This document shows positions 38,289 through 51,053 of a stretch of 64,000 nt of DNA, piece after piece (position 1 is the first letter of the stretch; every line of letters starts with the position of its first letter). The position numbers and the translations under genes are program-made. The notes below the pieces were generated by a model. It worked only from the letters and a program-made list of their open reading frames with translations, was not told where the DNA came from and did not search any database. The stretch is from Podarcis filfolensis (taxonomy: Eukaryota): the NCBI GenBank assembly GCA_964270895.1, contig OZ185437.1; one strand, written 5' to 3'.

Positions 38289-39756
38289 CTGATTGAAAAC
38301 ATAAAAAGTATAGCTTTAACAGGTAGAAACGTGTCCCTAGCTGAGCATATGTAGCTTTAGAAAATTTCTAGGGCTCCATTAGAAGTGCTAGAGATGTTTA
38401 ACTTCAATTGTTTGCTTTGCTTTTTTCGATTGTTTGTTCTGATATTGTATCAGTCTTTTATTTTTATCTTTATTTTGGATGAAGGGGCCGTTTGGAAGTT
38501 TTCAAGATAAATATGTTACTTTATAGGAAGTTGACCTGGTCCACCAAAGATTCCCAAATCCTGCACCAAAATGGGGAACAAATGCACCACTATATGCTTG
38601 ACTTTTCTTTCAATGGATCTTACATTCAAACTTTTTTATGCTTAAAGTTCATTCCAGTCCACTTTGTACTGTTTGCAAACTTATGCTAAGTAACTTGGAA
38701 GTTTGTTTGCATGTTCCATTCCATATTAAAGGTACAGTATTACTTCTCTGTGATAGCTAATCTTAAGGATCGCCCATATGCTAGGTGCCCTTTAAGGTAG
38801 TTATTCCAAAACAGACCTCTGTAATCTAAATTTCATAGCAGGCACGGTAATGCACCACAGAAGCCCTCGCACTGGTGTTTACTGCAGGCCTTTCAAGGTT
38901 ACTTGGGCCACTGCAAGATACTCCAGTACTAAATAAGCCAGTCATAATGATGAACTATTATTCTATTTATATCCCACTTTACATATTTATATTCCAGAGG
39001 CATATGTTGGATTTCCATGTGGCCTCCCATCCAGGCATTGATCTCAGCAAGGTTGCCACATCATGTGCCTTTGGAACATACCTTTAGTACTGAGAAAGAA
39101 TACAACTCCCAGTGTGGCAGGAGCAAATTCTCAGACAGGAAATTTCAGATGACCATTCACATGGAAGAGCCACGATATGCCAGAAAGATCACATTTTTTG
39201 TGCATAAAGTTGTGTTTTTGAAAAACATTAAGGGAGAGCATTCATAAATGCAACTCCTCACCAGTAGCCTAAGTGATACATTCCAGGAAGGGCTCAGATG
39301 TTCACATGATAGTGATTAATTAAGACAATTCAACAGAGCAGTAAGTTTTAGATTAATCAACTAAGGCTGCAAATCCAAACTCCACATACCTAGGAGAAAA
39401 CCCCATTGAATTAAATATAGGACTTGCTTCTGAGTGGACAAGGTTTGGCTTGAACTCTAATTAAGCACTGGCATCAGATTTTAATCAGTGCTGAGTTTAT
39501 TATTGAGGCTTTTTAATTATTAAAATAATAGGTAACTTAAAAATTAAAGGTGCCCTTTTCTCTAACAATTAGTAGCAGCTTTTCTTTAGTAAATGTAAGT
39601 CAGGAATTCACCAAGAGGAGGTTTTAGAAATGTGCATGTTTATAAAATTTAATTGATCTGTTGTAAGCAAATTATTATCAAGCAATTTTTTTAAGCTAAG
39701 GACCTTATGAATTAAGTGTAAGTAAGAACCCAATCAATGGAAAAAGGATGACCCAC

Positions 39757-39918
39757 CTGTTGCCATTTCTGCTGGAGGTATGTGTCTTTGACAGAAGAGA
39801 GGTATTTATTCATTTGGTCAAGTACTCCCTGGTAATAGACCATTGCAGAGTCATAATTTCCCAGCAAGGCGTACTCACGGGCCAGCTTCACATTCTCACT
39901 TATCATGACAAGACTCAT
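39757..39918 (-). CDS. KATNA1: KATNA1 coding exon 1 (162 nt), MIT domain; exon acceptor at 39930
   Basis: [54 protein letters not shown]; accATG. Confidence 0.97.
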
Positions 39919-40417
39919 GGTCAACATAAGCTGGGGAGGAAAAAAATGCTGAAATTGGAATATACAACAGCTGGGCTATAAAGAAAACCTGTCAAATGTG
40001 TAAGGTGGAAATGTGTAAGAATGGAAAGGTTCTCATGCTGTATTTCAATTATTCATACATTATGTGAAATAGTCTTAGTACTACATTTTGTCACAAAGCC
40101 ATCTCTCTCAAAGACCTTTGAATCTATTGTGAACATGGCTGTTGTCAAATAGTCATGACACAAGCATTACTCAATACATAGTTCCAGCATGTTCAAACAG
40201 TTTCCTCTCCAAAGAACTATACTTTAAATAAAGATAAAAGTTGCACATAGTCTGTAGATTTGTCATAATTTACGTGAGACTGTTAATTGTGAATAACTGT
40301 AACATAAACTGAAGAATTAAATTCTATGGTATATAGCAAGCAGACACATGGCTTCCCCTCCAGTCCCAGGTTTCATTGCTTTGTATTATTCAAATTCAGA
40401 ATCTGAAAGATTTCGCC

Positions 40418-40497
40418 TACCAGTGTTAAAGCACCTGACTTGCATACAGAAGGTCCGAAATTTAATCCCTGACATTTCCCAGTATGGCTGAGAGACA
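40418..40497 (+). mobile_element. Degenerate Squam3-like SINE head
   Basis: Similar to 22055-22140. Confidence 0.45.
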
Positions 40498-43400
40498 CAG
40501 GTGCAATCTACACACACACATAAAAAAAGGTTCTGAAAATGCTTTTTTAAAAGCATTTTTAAAAATACATTGAATTTTCCATAATGTTCACCATCGCCAT
40601 ATAGTGTCACTTCGTATATTGCACTTTAAAAGTTTTATTTGCAGCTGTACAGCTGAGTCCACAGAGTGGCCAAGGGCTTTTAAAAGCAAAGAAGTACATG
40701 CGATGGGCTATGATGGGCAGAAGATGTTACATTAAAGCCAAATAAGAAAAAAAAACCCATACTTTTTCTCTCAGAATACATTAAATATCCTGGGCTGCCC
40801 ATATGTATTACAGAAATGCTATCAACAAGAGGGAGGCTGATGGAAGGAGAAGACACAGTGTAGTTGCCCAACCGCATCGTGACTTCTTAATTATTATTAA
40901 ATGTTCTCTCTTTCTATGACTTCAGAAGTGCTGTGTGCCTGACAGTGCAACTCTATACAAGCCTATTCAGCAGCAAGTGCCATTGAGTTAGTTGGACTCT
41001 ACTCCCAGCATTCCAAGAGTTCACCCTTAGAAAACCTAATGTTTCTTAATGGCTCATTCATAAAAGATCATTGTTCTGGTGAGACTTAAATAAGCAGCCA
41101 TAAATGTTACATTAAATGTTCTGCACTATGTTCTAAGTAAATTAATCTGGTTATCCATGGAAGAGGGATTTACGATAGAATTACACTTAAAAACAAATGC
41201 AGGATCATTTCTGCAGCATTTTGTGTCTAGTGGAAATTTTACTCTTTTGATTTCTGCTTGTTTGTAGGTAACACAAGATTAAAACTCAGGGAATGACTCT
41301 CACTGAAGTTGGTAAAAGCTCTCTGCTTTATCCCTTTAAAACACATTTCACTGCGTCAAGTGTTGCTATGAGATTTAGTACGCAATCCATTCAGAGCTAC
41401 ATGTTGAAACTAGTTATAGATAACATTTCTGGCTACAGAACTTATATTAATAGAAACTCAAAACACGCTGACATAACTGGCAGTAAGTAGTGCAGGGTGC
41501 GGCAGCAAGTTTGCAGCTTCCCCTGCCGATAACACAGAGGCCCAAACTACATTGACCTGATAAACAGCTATTAGCTGTACATTCTACTGATCACCATGTA
41601 ATTTTTAGAATTTTATTTTATGATATGGTATATAATTTTGATTTTTATATGTTTTGATCATTTTGTACACTGCTTTTTTTAAAAAAAATTACACTGTTTT
41701 TAAGCATCTTAAGTTTTAAAAAAAGTTTAACAAAATTTCACTGAAGATACCAACCACACTTAAATTAATGCTAAAATACATTGCTTTGTTTAGTATGTGG
41801 CTCTTTAATGGGATTTACTTTGTGTACAGTGCTCTCTCATTTCAAATACTCTTCCTCTGGTTTTCTCCTTGCTTACCATTACTACCGTTTCATTCAGTAT
41901 TATCTACTTCCTTTCTTTTTTGCCTGCCTATGACTTTTCAGAGCACTCTTATCTCTGGTGCTTTACTGCAAAAACCGAACTGTAATATGCTTTTAAACTT
42001 TGGAATCCAAAAAACCCAAATCTCCTTTATGACTTGCCATTACTTGCTTAATTGTTTTCAGCATCTTGCTAAACTTGTAATTTCAAACTAGTTTAGTCAT
42101 CAGCTCATACTAGCAAACAGGTGTATCAGGTATGAGAATCATTTTTACCCATCCTAAACATCTATGAGAAAGCTTGCTGAAATCTTGGAAGCATGTTTTC
42201 TCACACAAGTTGTACACTAAAAACTTCACAGCATTTTCCAAGACTTGTAACTTTTAATAATAGCACTAACAGAAGCTCAGCTTCCAAAGAGAAATTATGA
42301 AGCTTATAAAATGCATTTCCAGTCATGACATCATACTTTAGCATTATGTTTTTTATTCAAACCATCTATTTAAATATTTTTTTTAATGTGTGCGCGTGCT
42401 CTGCTGCTAAACGAATCTCTCCCAAAACAATATTTGGGCCGGATCGGGTGTGGGGACAAAGCAGGCAAGTGCCCCTGGATGGCGCATTAGGGTGGCTGCA
42501 AAATTACTGGGTTCAACACACACACACACACATCAATGCTGAAAGGAGCGAAAGGGCAGGGAGGAGCCTCTCACTTCACTCTGGCGGAGATCCCAACATT
42601 GGGTCTGGTCTGTTGGGCTGGCAGCAGAAGGCAAACAGCAGCCAGACAATGCAAGCATGGCAGCAACAGCAGCAGTAGAGCCCAGAACCTTCCCTGCCAT
42701 TTCTGCCTTGCCTTGCCTTGCCTCACTGTTGCCTGGCAGCCCTTGTTCCAAGACGCAGCAGGTCCCAAGGCAGACAGATGGGCAGCCCTCCTTGTTTTCC
42801 TCTTCCTTCCACTTCACCACAACAGATGCAGCTGACCCCCTCTGCCTCCTTCCTGGAAATGCCCAGAACAGCACCCACAGATATGCTGTAATCAAATGCC
42901 TCCTTTTTTCTCCCACCTGATCCTCAGCTTTCAGGGTACACACCCTGCCACAGGAGATGGGTCCAGATAAGCGCCTCTGCCTCCTTTGCCTTCCAGTCAC
43001 CTTCTGCTTCCTAGTACCCACTGCACCAAGCAGGGCAAGCACATGAACCCTGGGCAGAGCAAACCAGGAGAGTGGCCCCCTTGCAGGCACTCCCCTATAT
43101 ACGGGCCTCCCATTATGCTTTACAGTTAGTAACCTATGTGTGGATGTGTGGGGGCTAATTGGGAACACTGACAGCTTCATACATCTAAGAAGACAGAAGT
43201 GTATGTAACTTGACTTCCTGTGTTGGATGGTCCTGGCTGCTAAACTATGCATTATTATTATTATTTAATTTTGCTTTTAATTGAATTTTAAATCTGACAG
43301 CGCATTATAAAGGAAACTGGCAACTCATTTTCAAAGCTCCCTTTCCTTGACTTAATCCACCAACCTATATGAGGCCTTTTTAAAGCATTTGTCTTTAGGG

Positions 43401-43655
43401 AGAATGGGTGGCACCCTATGACAAAAAAACAAGACTTTTGCACCCTATGACAAAACTTGTAGATCCAGCACTGAACAATACTACATAAGGAGAGTGTTGC
43501 TTCTGAAATGACAGTTCAGAATTCTGCCATCTGCTAGAGTTTCACAGTTAATTTTGAAAAGTTATTTGTAAATAGATAACAGGGATAGACAAAAGCATTG
43601 CTACCTTCATCCCCTCTGATATGCATGTTACTTTGTTCATTCTTTTACTCTAAAA

Positions 43656-43800
43656 CAGGGGTAAGTCAACCTTTTCATACCTACTGCCCACTAATGCATT
43701 TTACCGCACACCAGTGCTTGTGCCGTAGAACCCCCTACCACCCACCTCGAATCCTGAAACGCCCACTAGTGGGCGGTAGGGACCAGGTTGACAACCCCTG
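43656..43800. mobile_element. hAT MITE
   Basis: TIRs caggggtaagtcaacct / aggttgacaacccctg; TSD CTCTAAAA / CTCTAGAA. Confidence 0.87.
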
Positions 43801-45149
43801 CTCTAGAAAACCAGAGCATTATGGGCACAGTGTACCCAAAGTCAAAGTCCCACCAATATCAATTTTGAGAAAATCAAAACACTGAAATCAAGAGAAAATG
43901 CTTGTTGTTGTATTACAGCTTGCTACACTATGCTTCCAGTTCTGACCTGTTTGAAGATTATTAGGCTCCTGTACACTTATTAGAACCAGAACACTTTGTT
44001 GCCATTATTAGTTGTACATATAATAACAAAAATAAAATATGGACTAAATAACAACATTTTGATTACAATGTTTCCAGTTTTTAGAGTCTGAGTGCCTTCA
44101 CTGAGAAATGTATACCCCTCTTTGCATCTTTTAAAAAACATGTTAGTCTAGTAGTAGTTGGCGAGGCAGGGCAAACCTCCCCACTGCCTCTGCTGACCCT
44201 CTCAGTAATGAGCAGTGACCCAAGTGTTGAAAGGAAAGATAAAAAGTGAAGCTTTACCCTGTTCTGCTGAGCACTACTGCCTTAGCCACAAAAGTTATAC
44301 CCAGATCCCTTGGAAAAGTGAGGAGTGTGGGTGTTGTCTCTTGGGTCTAAAAAACAAGGTGTCTAAAAACCAAGGTGACCGCTGGTTTAGGGGGACTTAC
44401 ACAAACCACAGCAAGAATCAAGCTCATATTCCTCCTTTCCAATTCCTGTGTAACTGGGAAGATGACCTTCCGCTGAACCAGGGATAATCAAAGAGGTGTC
44501 CACCAGATATTGCTGGACTACACCCCCGCCCCCATAACCAAATGTCAGGAGTGATGCAGCTGTAGCCCAACATCTGGAGGGCAAAAGATTGACTACCCAC
44601 AAAATTTCAACATAGATGCAATAATTTTATCAAGACCAAATGCCCATTCTTGCAACCTTCAGGAGCAGACCCCGAGTAATCATTTTACATTAGCTCACTT
44701 GCAACAACAGTAATAATGCACAATCCTGATACTGAATTCTCCACTCCCAGGGTTTATTATCTACAGGACAAGAAAACAATGAAATATTTATTCCTATAAA
44801 CACCAGCATTGTTTCTAATATTTATATACCATCCTTATTATCAAATTTCAGGGCAGCTTATATTGAACGTATTTAAGAAACTACAAAAAGCATTAATGCA
44901 ACAATAACAGTGGAAAAATAAAAAATATTTCACTGAAAGCTAGATGTTTAAAATAAAGGAAATGCTTGATAAAAGTGGTAGGTCTTAAACAGATACCAAA
45001 ACACAAGGTTGGTACCTGCCATACTTAAGGAAAGAGGGAATTCCAAGAGCTGGAAAGATCTCCCCCTGGGTGCTTCAGGATGCATGTGTGCAGGTGATGG
45101 AATGACTAGGAGGGCCTGATATAGAGAACTCAATTAACCGACAGGATGA

Positions 45150-45510
45150 TATGAGAGAAGGTGCTCCCTCAAGTAACCAGGCCCCAAGTTGTTCAGGGTC
45201 TTATATGTCAATAAGCACCTTGAACCTGCCCCGGTGTAACATGCTCAATGGTAGGCAGCACCATTCAGTAACTGAACCACTGAGTTAGCCGCAGGTCCTA
45301 AAGCAGCAACAAGCACAACACAGAGCACATTGCAGTAACCCAACCTGGAAGTTAATAGTGTATAGATTAGCCCTGTCCAAGAATGGCTATGGCTGGTGCA
45401 CCAGTCAAAGCTAGGAAAAGGCACTCCTAGCCTCTGGGACCACCTACGCCTCCAGTAGCAATGATGGTTCAAGGTGTAACCCAGACTACACACCTGAACT
45501 TTCAGAAGGT
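45150..45510 (-). mobile_element. Old L2 fragment
   Basis: ORF 45245-45493 reads LLTSRLGYCNVL, homologous to L2 VISRLDYCNAL. Confidence 0.7.
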
Positions 45511-46302
45511 CTGCAATGCAGTCATGCAGCAGCTGTGAAAATAGGCAAGTTCCATGCTAAAGATCATTAGCAAAGGAATGGAAAATAAAGATATCAATAT
45601 CATAAAGCCATTATACAAATCTAAAGAAGAAGTTATAAAGATGCATAAAATTATGTATTGTTACAAAAGCTGGGTGCCTCCCACTCTCTGCTGAGCAGTG
45701 GCAAGAGCTCATGCTCATGGGGTTCCAGGCACTGTGGTCCTTTGAAGAATGGAGACATGGTGGAAACTGTCGTGGCTTCAGTCTCCATGGGAGGAGTCCA
45801 AATCTTACAGCATGGTCATTTCAAGAGGGCATGTCCCTGCATCAGTGAAGCCCTGGAGTCAAGGCATCTCCCTCAGCCAGCCTGCCCAAAGATGGATCCC
45901 AGTCTCTCTTCCTCCTTCTCCTTCCCAGACTCTTTCTTCCTGTCACCTCAAACACACAGTCACCCTGCCAACCTTCCAAACCCCAGTTTCTGTTCACACC
46001 TCAGGGCAGGGGGGGAAGGACAGTTCTCTTGCACTGCCAAGTTATTTTAATTAGTGGGCCACTGTTAAAATATTGGCCAGATATCACTGGAACTCTATTT
46101 TTCCTTAGTGGCCCTGTTTTGCATAGACTAGCCCAGAAATTCCTCTGCAGTTTGCACTTCTCCTTTCACATCCCAAATCATCAAAATACTACCATTTATT
46201 AATTTCTAGGATTTGTGGGGCGGGGAGCACTCCCAAATCTATAACAGTATAGTATGGAGAACTAGCAGACAGAGAAAATTTTTCCTTCCTCTCTCGTAAC
46301 TT

Positions 46303-46560
46303 GGGAACATCCAGTGAAGTTGAATACAGGAAGATTCCGGACAGGTAAAAGAAAGGGCTTCTTCACACACAGCACGTAGTTTAACTATGGAGTTCACTCA
46401 CACAAGAGGTAGCATCACCAACCTGGATAACTTTAAAAGAGGATTAGACAAATCCATGGTGAATAAAGCTTTCCATGGCTACTCGCTACAATGGCCAGAG
46501 GTTCTACTTCCACTTTCAAAGGCAGTATGTCTCTGAGCACTAGTTGCTGGGAACCCCACT
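46303..46560 (+). mobile_element. CR1 LINE 3' region fragment
   Basis: ttcttcacacacagcacgtagtt...ctttaaaagaggattagacaaatccatgg, typical CR1 ORF2 end and 3' UTR. Confidence 0.75.
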
Positions 46561-47166
46561 CCTATGGCACAGGGAATAAAGAAGTCCGTTCTCCCCCCCC
46601 CAACCTCACGATGATGTCACCACTCCGCCCCCAACCATACAAAAAGAGAGACTCACTTACTCCAAAAGCAGGTGTTGTTTACTCCGGAAAGCAGTCCAAG
46701 GAATGGCAGGACGAGTAGCCCGACAGTGACGTCTCCCGCATCACCTGAAATCCTAAGAGAACACGTAACTGGGCAAAGGGCTCTCCAGTCACCCGCGGGA
46801 TGCCTCACACGGGCAGGTGCTGGGGGGGGGGCGAGAAGGGAAGGGAATGCAAAGAAAGTATCCAGCAGGAGGAGAAGACGAAACAGGGTCTGGAGCCGCA
46901 GGAAACCGGGAGCTGGGGACGCGGGCGCCTCCCCTCCAGCCTCTTTTCGGGCCTCCTGGACGAGGAGAGGCTGCCCAGCAAAGCCCATTCAAAGCCCTCC
47001 CGCCAACGCCGCTCGGGGGGCGACATCCCACTCCGGATGCTATTGGGGGGGGCAGAAGCCGCCTAGAGAAGACGCCGAAGGAGGCGGGCGGCGAGGGAGG
47101 GGCGCTCCGGGCTCAACGGACGGGGAAAGCGAGGCTGGCCGAAGGGGGAAGCGGACGTTCACTCAC

Positions 47167-47260
47167 CTCTTCGGCGCGCTCAGCTCCGTAACGGCGGCGA
47201 CGGCGGCAGCGGTGGCGCTACGGCCCGACTCATCTCAGCGCCGCCTCCCGCCCACTACGC
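47167..47260 (-). other. KATNA1: Putative non-coding first exon of KATNA1 (5' boundary approximate)
   Basis: Strong donor GAG/gtgagt at 47167/47166 in the CpG island just downstream of GC boxes; the first coding exon has its own acceptor. Confidence 0.65.
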
Positions 47261-47593
47261 GCGGAGGCGCTGTCGCTAGCGCGCAGGCGCCAGCTCTTGT
47301 CCCGCCCCACGGCGTCCTAACGTCCCCACGCCCCGCCCACCGGGAGTTTCTTTTTTTTCCTCGGGACTCTGAGTGGCGTGGGATTCTTTCCCCCTTCGTT
47401 CATTTATATTCTCTCCTCCAATCAGAACTTGCGGCGTCACTGCTGGGCGGGCTCTTCTGCCCGCTTTTTCTTTTTTACTTTCTTTCCCCGCCACATTCTT
47501 TAGTTTCTCGAGGGAGAAGGATCCGGTCTGCCTTTCGCTTCTCGCTCTCTTTGGGAAGGCGTGCTAGTGGTCCCTGAACTCTTCATGTCAGGG

Positions 47594-47802
47594 TCAAAAC
47601 AAAAAAAAAATTTTTCTTTCCAGTAGCACCTTAAAGACCAACTAAGTTAGTTCTTGGTATGAGCTTTCGTGGTGTGCATGCACACGAAAGCTCATACCAA
47701 GAACTAACTTAGTTGGTCTTTAAGGTGCTAGTGGAAAGAAAAAATTTTTTTTGTTTTGACTATGGCAGACCAACACGGCTACCTATCTGTAACTGGAACT
47801 AT
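47594..47802 (+). mobile_element. Penelope-like element remnant forming a long inverted repeat
   Basis: Arms 47593-47671 and 47682-47760 are near-perfect reverse complements; PLE tail follows; 13-bp TSD CTTCATGTCAGGG at 47581-47593 and 47803-47815. Confidence 0.85.
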
Positions 47803-50800
47803 CTTCATGTCAGGGACGGGGATCCCTAGGCCGAGGTATAGCCTTATCAGAGGTGCCTTCTCGGAAGTCTTTCCCCGACACAGCCTCATCCTGCCGCTTC
47901 ACCCCTCGCTGGCCCCGCTTGGCGCCCGCGCCTTCTTGCCTGCTTGGAATGTGCCCTTTATCTCTGCCAAGGGTTCTTGCACGTCTGAATGCAGGATAGA
48001 GAGCGGGCTGAGTGTGTACAAACTAGCCTACTGGACCTGCCTGTCTGCCTTCAGGCATTGCAGTCATTTGCAAGGGACTCCCACAGGGCAGGGTTGATGT
48101 TGCCAGCCTGTCATGTTTGCAGACGTCTTCGTAAGGCAGAGTTGGTCTGCCAACAGGTTGGTTGGTGCCTGTAACTATGACCGTGGGGGTTCCTGCCACC
48201 TTCCATTTCGTGAATATGACCAAGTCAGCACAGGTCACCGAAACAGGAGTGCAAACATGCTGGGAATGTGGGCTTGGGAGAGTGCATCTTTGAGGCTGTC
48301 CTGCAACCTGCTGCCCAAAATATTTCTGACTCAGCACATGTGGAAGGCGTTGAGGCAGCAGGTTTGGTGTTGCCCTCTGTTTTCCTGAAATTAAAGACTA
48401 TATGATTTTGAGAAGGGGTCCTCCAGATGTTTTGGTTGGTATCTTCCATTATCCTTGATCATTGGCTCTGCTGCCTGATGGGAGATGGGTGACATGTGGA
48501 GGGTAGATTCCTGCTTTGGCTTAGTGGCATAGCAAAGACAAGGAAAGACCTTTTTACCTTACCTTACCAGCAGCAGTAGGATCACGCTACACTCATAGCA
48601 TTTCACAGAGCCTCATACGTTTCACAAACTGCAGTATCATAGCAATGCAACAGTCCAGAGCATCTACCAATAAGTAAACCTCACAGAGTTAAACTGGGCT
48701 TACTTTCAGGTGTGTATAGAAGAGCAGAATAAAGTGCTGTGTATTTTTTTTTTTAGGTTTGATTTTATAGTTTATTATAATGGTACTTTGGAATGCTACT
48801 TCATGTTACTTTAGAATAAAGACCAATAGGATAGGGTCTTATATTTGTACCTAAGTTGGGAAGAAATTACAAGTCTTATGAACTGTGGTTTTCAAAATAC
48901 CTATATTTATGGGGGGGGGGGAATTCCATTACATGGTAAGATTTATACTCTATTTGTACACTGTCCTCGGACCCCATGGCATGAGGGCAGCTTTAGAAAT
49001 ACAGTAAATAACAACTGGGGGCAAAATCTTAACCCCTGGATGCTCATGTCAGATGGTAGTGGGATGGTGTGCAGGCTTATCAGCTGGTGAAAAGCACCAC
49101 TGGTGGGGGTGCATGGTACCAGTGGCTCCAAGTTCTGTGAGGGCAGGTGTGAAGCAACTGCTGCTGGTACCCAGAGAAGCTCCCCGCCCCTCACAAAAAA
49201 CCCCAGGACATTAAAGGCATTGGAGCTCCGAGATCCAAAGACTCAAAGACTCGTAGGTCCCTGACAAGCCTAACGCTAGTGCAAGGAAAAATGTATGAAA
49301 AACCACCCTTCACCCATGTGGCAGAGTTTTGGATGAGCTGATGGATCCATCCGTCTGTTGCTCCGTTAAGCATTTGGATTGCTCTGTGAGCCAGGTAATC
49401 ATGGCCAGTATAAACAAATACAGCATAACATTTGAATGAACAGGATTTCAATACCCCCATTCAACAAAGAGGAGGAAGACCAAACCAACACTTTTTATCA
49501 ATATAAACTTATATTTGATTAGCAGCTTATTCATTGAATTTTATTACCTCAGCAAATGGTACATTAGAGAAAACCGATTTAAAAAGTGGAAAGAGATCCA
49601 TAAGACACTCAAGGAATTTAATGGATTACCAAATAGTTATTACATGCAGAAATATGTGAAGATGATTGTTACACTGTCCGTCAAGGCACTTCTCTCACAC
49701 TACAGAATTTTATTAATAAAAGTGTAATGTTTACCAGCAGTGTTTACAATACAAAAGGAATATATACAAAATGCAATATAAAAGTAAACTTGAATAGTAC
49801 CTTTCACTGGAGGGTATAGTAAGGCATTTTAAAGTTTTACTATCAGATGTTTACCCAAATATACCATTGCTTTCCTTTGGCTGCATTACAGAAAATACTA
49901 ATGTCTTGTTTAAAATACCAGAGATCTACAGCCAAAAATTAACAGGTACTTTGGGTAACAGCAGCAGCATCTATGAACCCACTCACACTGCATTCTCTAG
50001 CAGATGTACAATATCAACAAAATCCAAAAAAAACCTGGTTCTCCATCACAGCTTTGCATACTGCAACAACAGATTTTTTTTTAAGTCTCCAAAAAAGAGA
50101 AAAGTTTTAGTCAAACATTCTGCAGGGTTGGTTACGAATAAGGTAGAAAAGAATCAGCAAGAGGGCCCGCCCAAGGAAAGAATGTAAGCAAATAGTACAA
50201 CCGTATTTACAATACAATTACATGATTATAGAACATTTTATATAAATACAGGTCATATGTGTATATGGAAAAGCAAAGCAATGACATTTTTAACGTTTTA
50301 ACTGAAAAGTTTATTTAGAAACCAAGTGTGGAACAAGTTTATGTTTTCTCTCTCTTTTGTTCGGTCCCGTCACAAACTTTTTTGTTGAAAATACTACAAA
50401 ACTAAAAAAATAGAATTTCTTCTACGAAGAAAAATGTAAATTGTGCAGTCTATAAAATATTCGAAATTCACACCAGACTATTTTGAAAAAAGTATGAGAA
50501 AATCTACACATGAACACAAGGCAACTATAACATCACAATTGCTTATGAGCATATCTTCTGTTTTTCCAAGGGCACAACTTGGTAATAAAGACACACAAAC
50601 TGATGAAGTACATTGCTAATAAAAACTGATGCTACAATAAATCCAGTCTGACTACTGATAAATAATAGGTCCACCAAGACTATAAGTCACAAAGAGTGGG
50701 AAAGCATGACATTCTGATTATATGAGGACTCACACAAACACCAGTTATCCTAATTTAGCACTCTCCTTCCCCAAGAAAAAGTAGCATTTGTAGGAATGTT

Positions 50801-51053
50801 TTGGATGGACAGTAGGAAACAAATGAGGCAGAATATTATTTTTATAATGTTCCAAAATGCAGTGTCACACATCACATTCCTAATTTCTCTGCATATAAAT
50901 ATTAACAAGCTTAATTAAAATAATTAATTTGGGGTCTACATTTGTGAATGTTCCATCATCACTCCTTAGCTGAAAACAGTAATGGGCAAAATTTAGAAAA
51001 CTTAACAGGCCTTATTTGTGCACCTAAAACTTTTGATATGTTAACATTTGGAT

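Larger units (their letters stand above)
46680..47960 (-). promoter_or_regulatory. KATNA1: CpG island / promoter of KATNA1
   Basis: CpG-dense; several GC boxes at 47245-47340; CCAAT at 47418-47422; CGTCA half-CRE at 47434. Confidence 0.8.

Noticed and set aside
42070-42110. Second hammerhead-like string on the minus strand (CTGATGA ctaaactagttt GAAA)
   Set aside because: Stem II does not close next to the core and no stem I partner follows an NUH triplet; likely chance
46672-47577. 301-aa and other overlapping ORFs in the KATNA1 CpG island
   Set aside because: Stop-poor GC-rich sequence gives long ORFs in several frames; low-complexity R/G/A/P composition
47593-47760. Long hairpin as a CRISPR repeat or canonical pre-miRNA
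   Set aside because: No repeat-spacer array; explained by a TSD-flanked Penelope remnant. Small-RNA output remains untested
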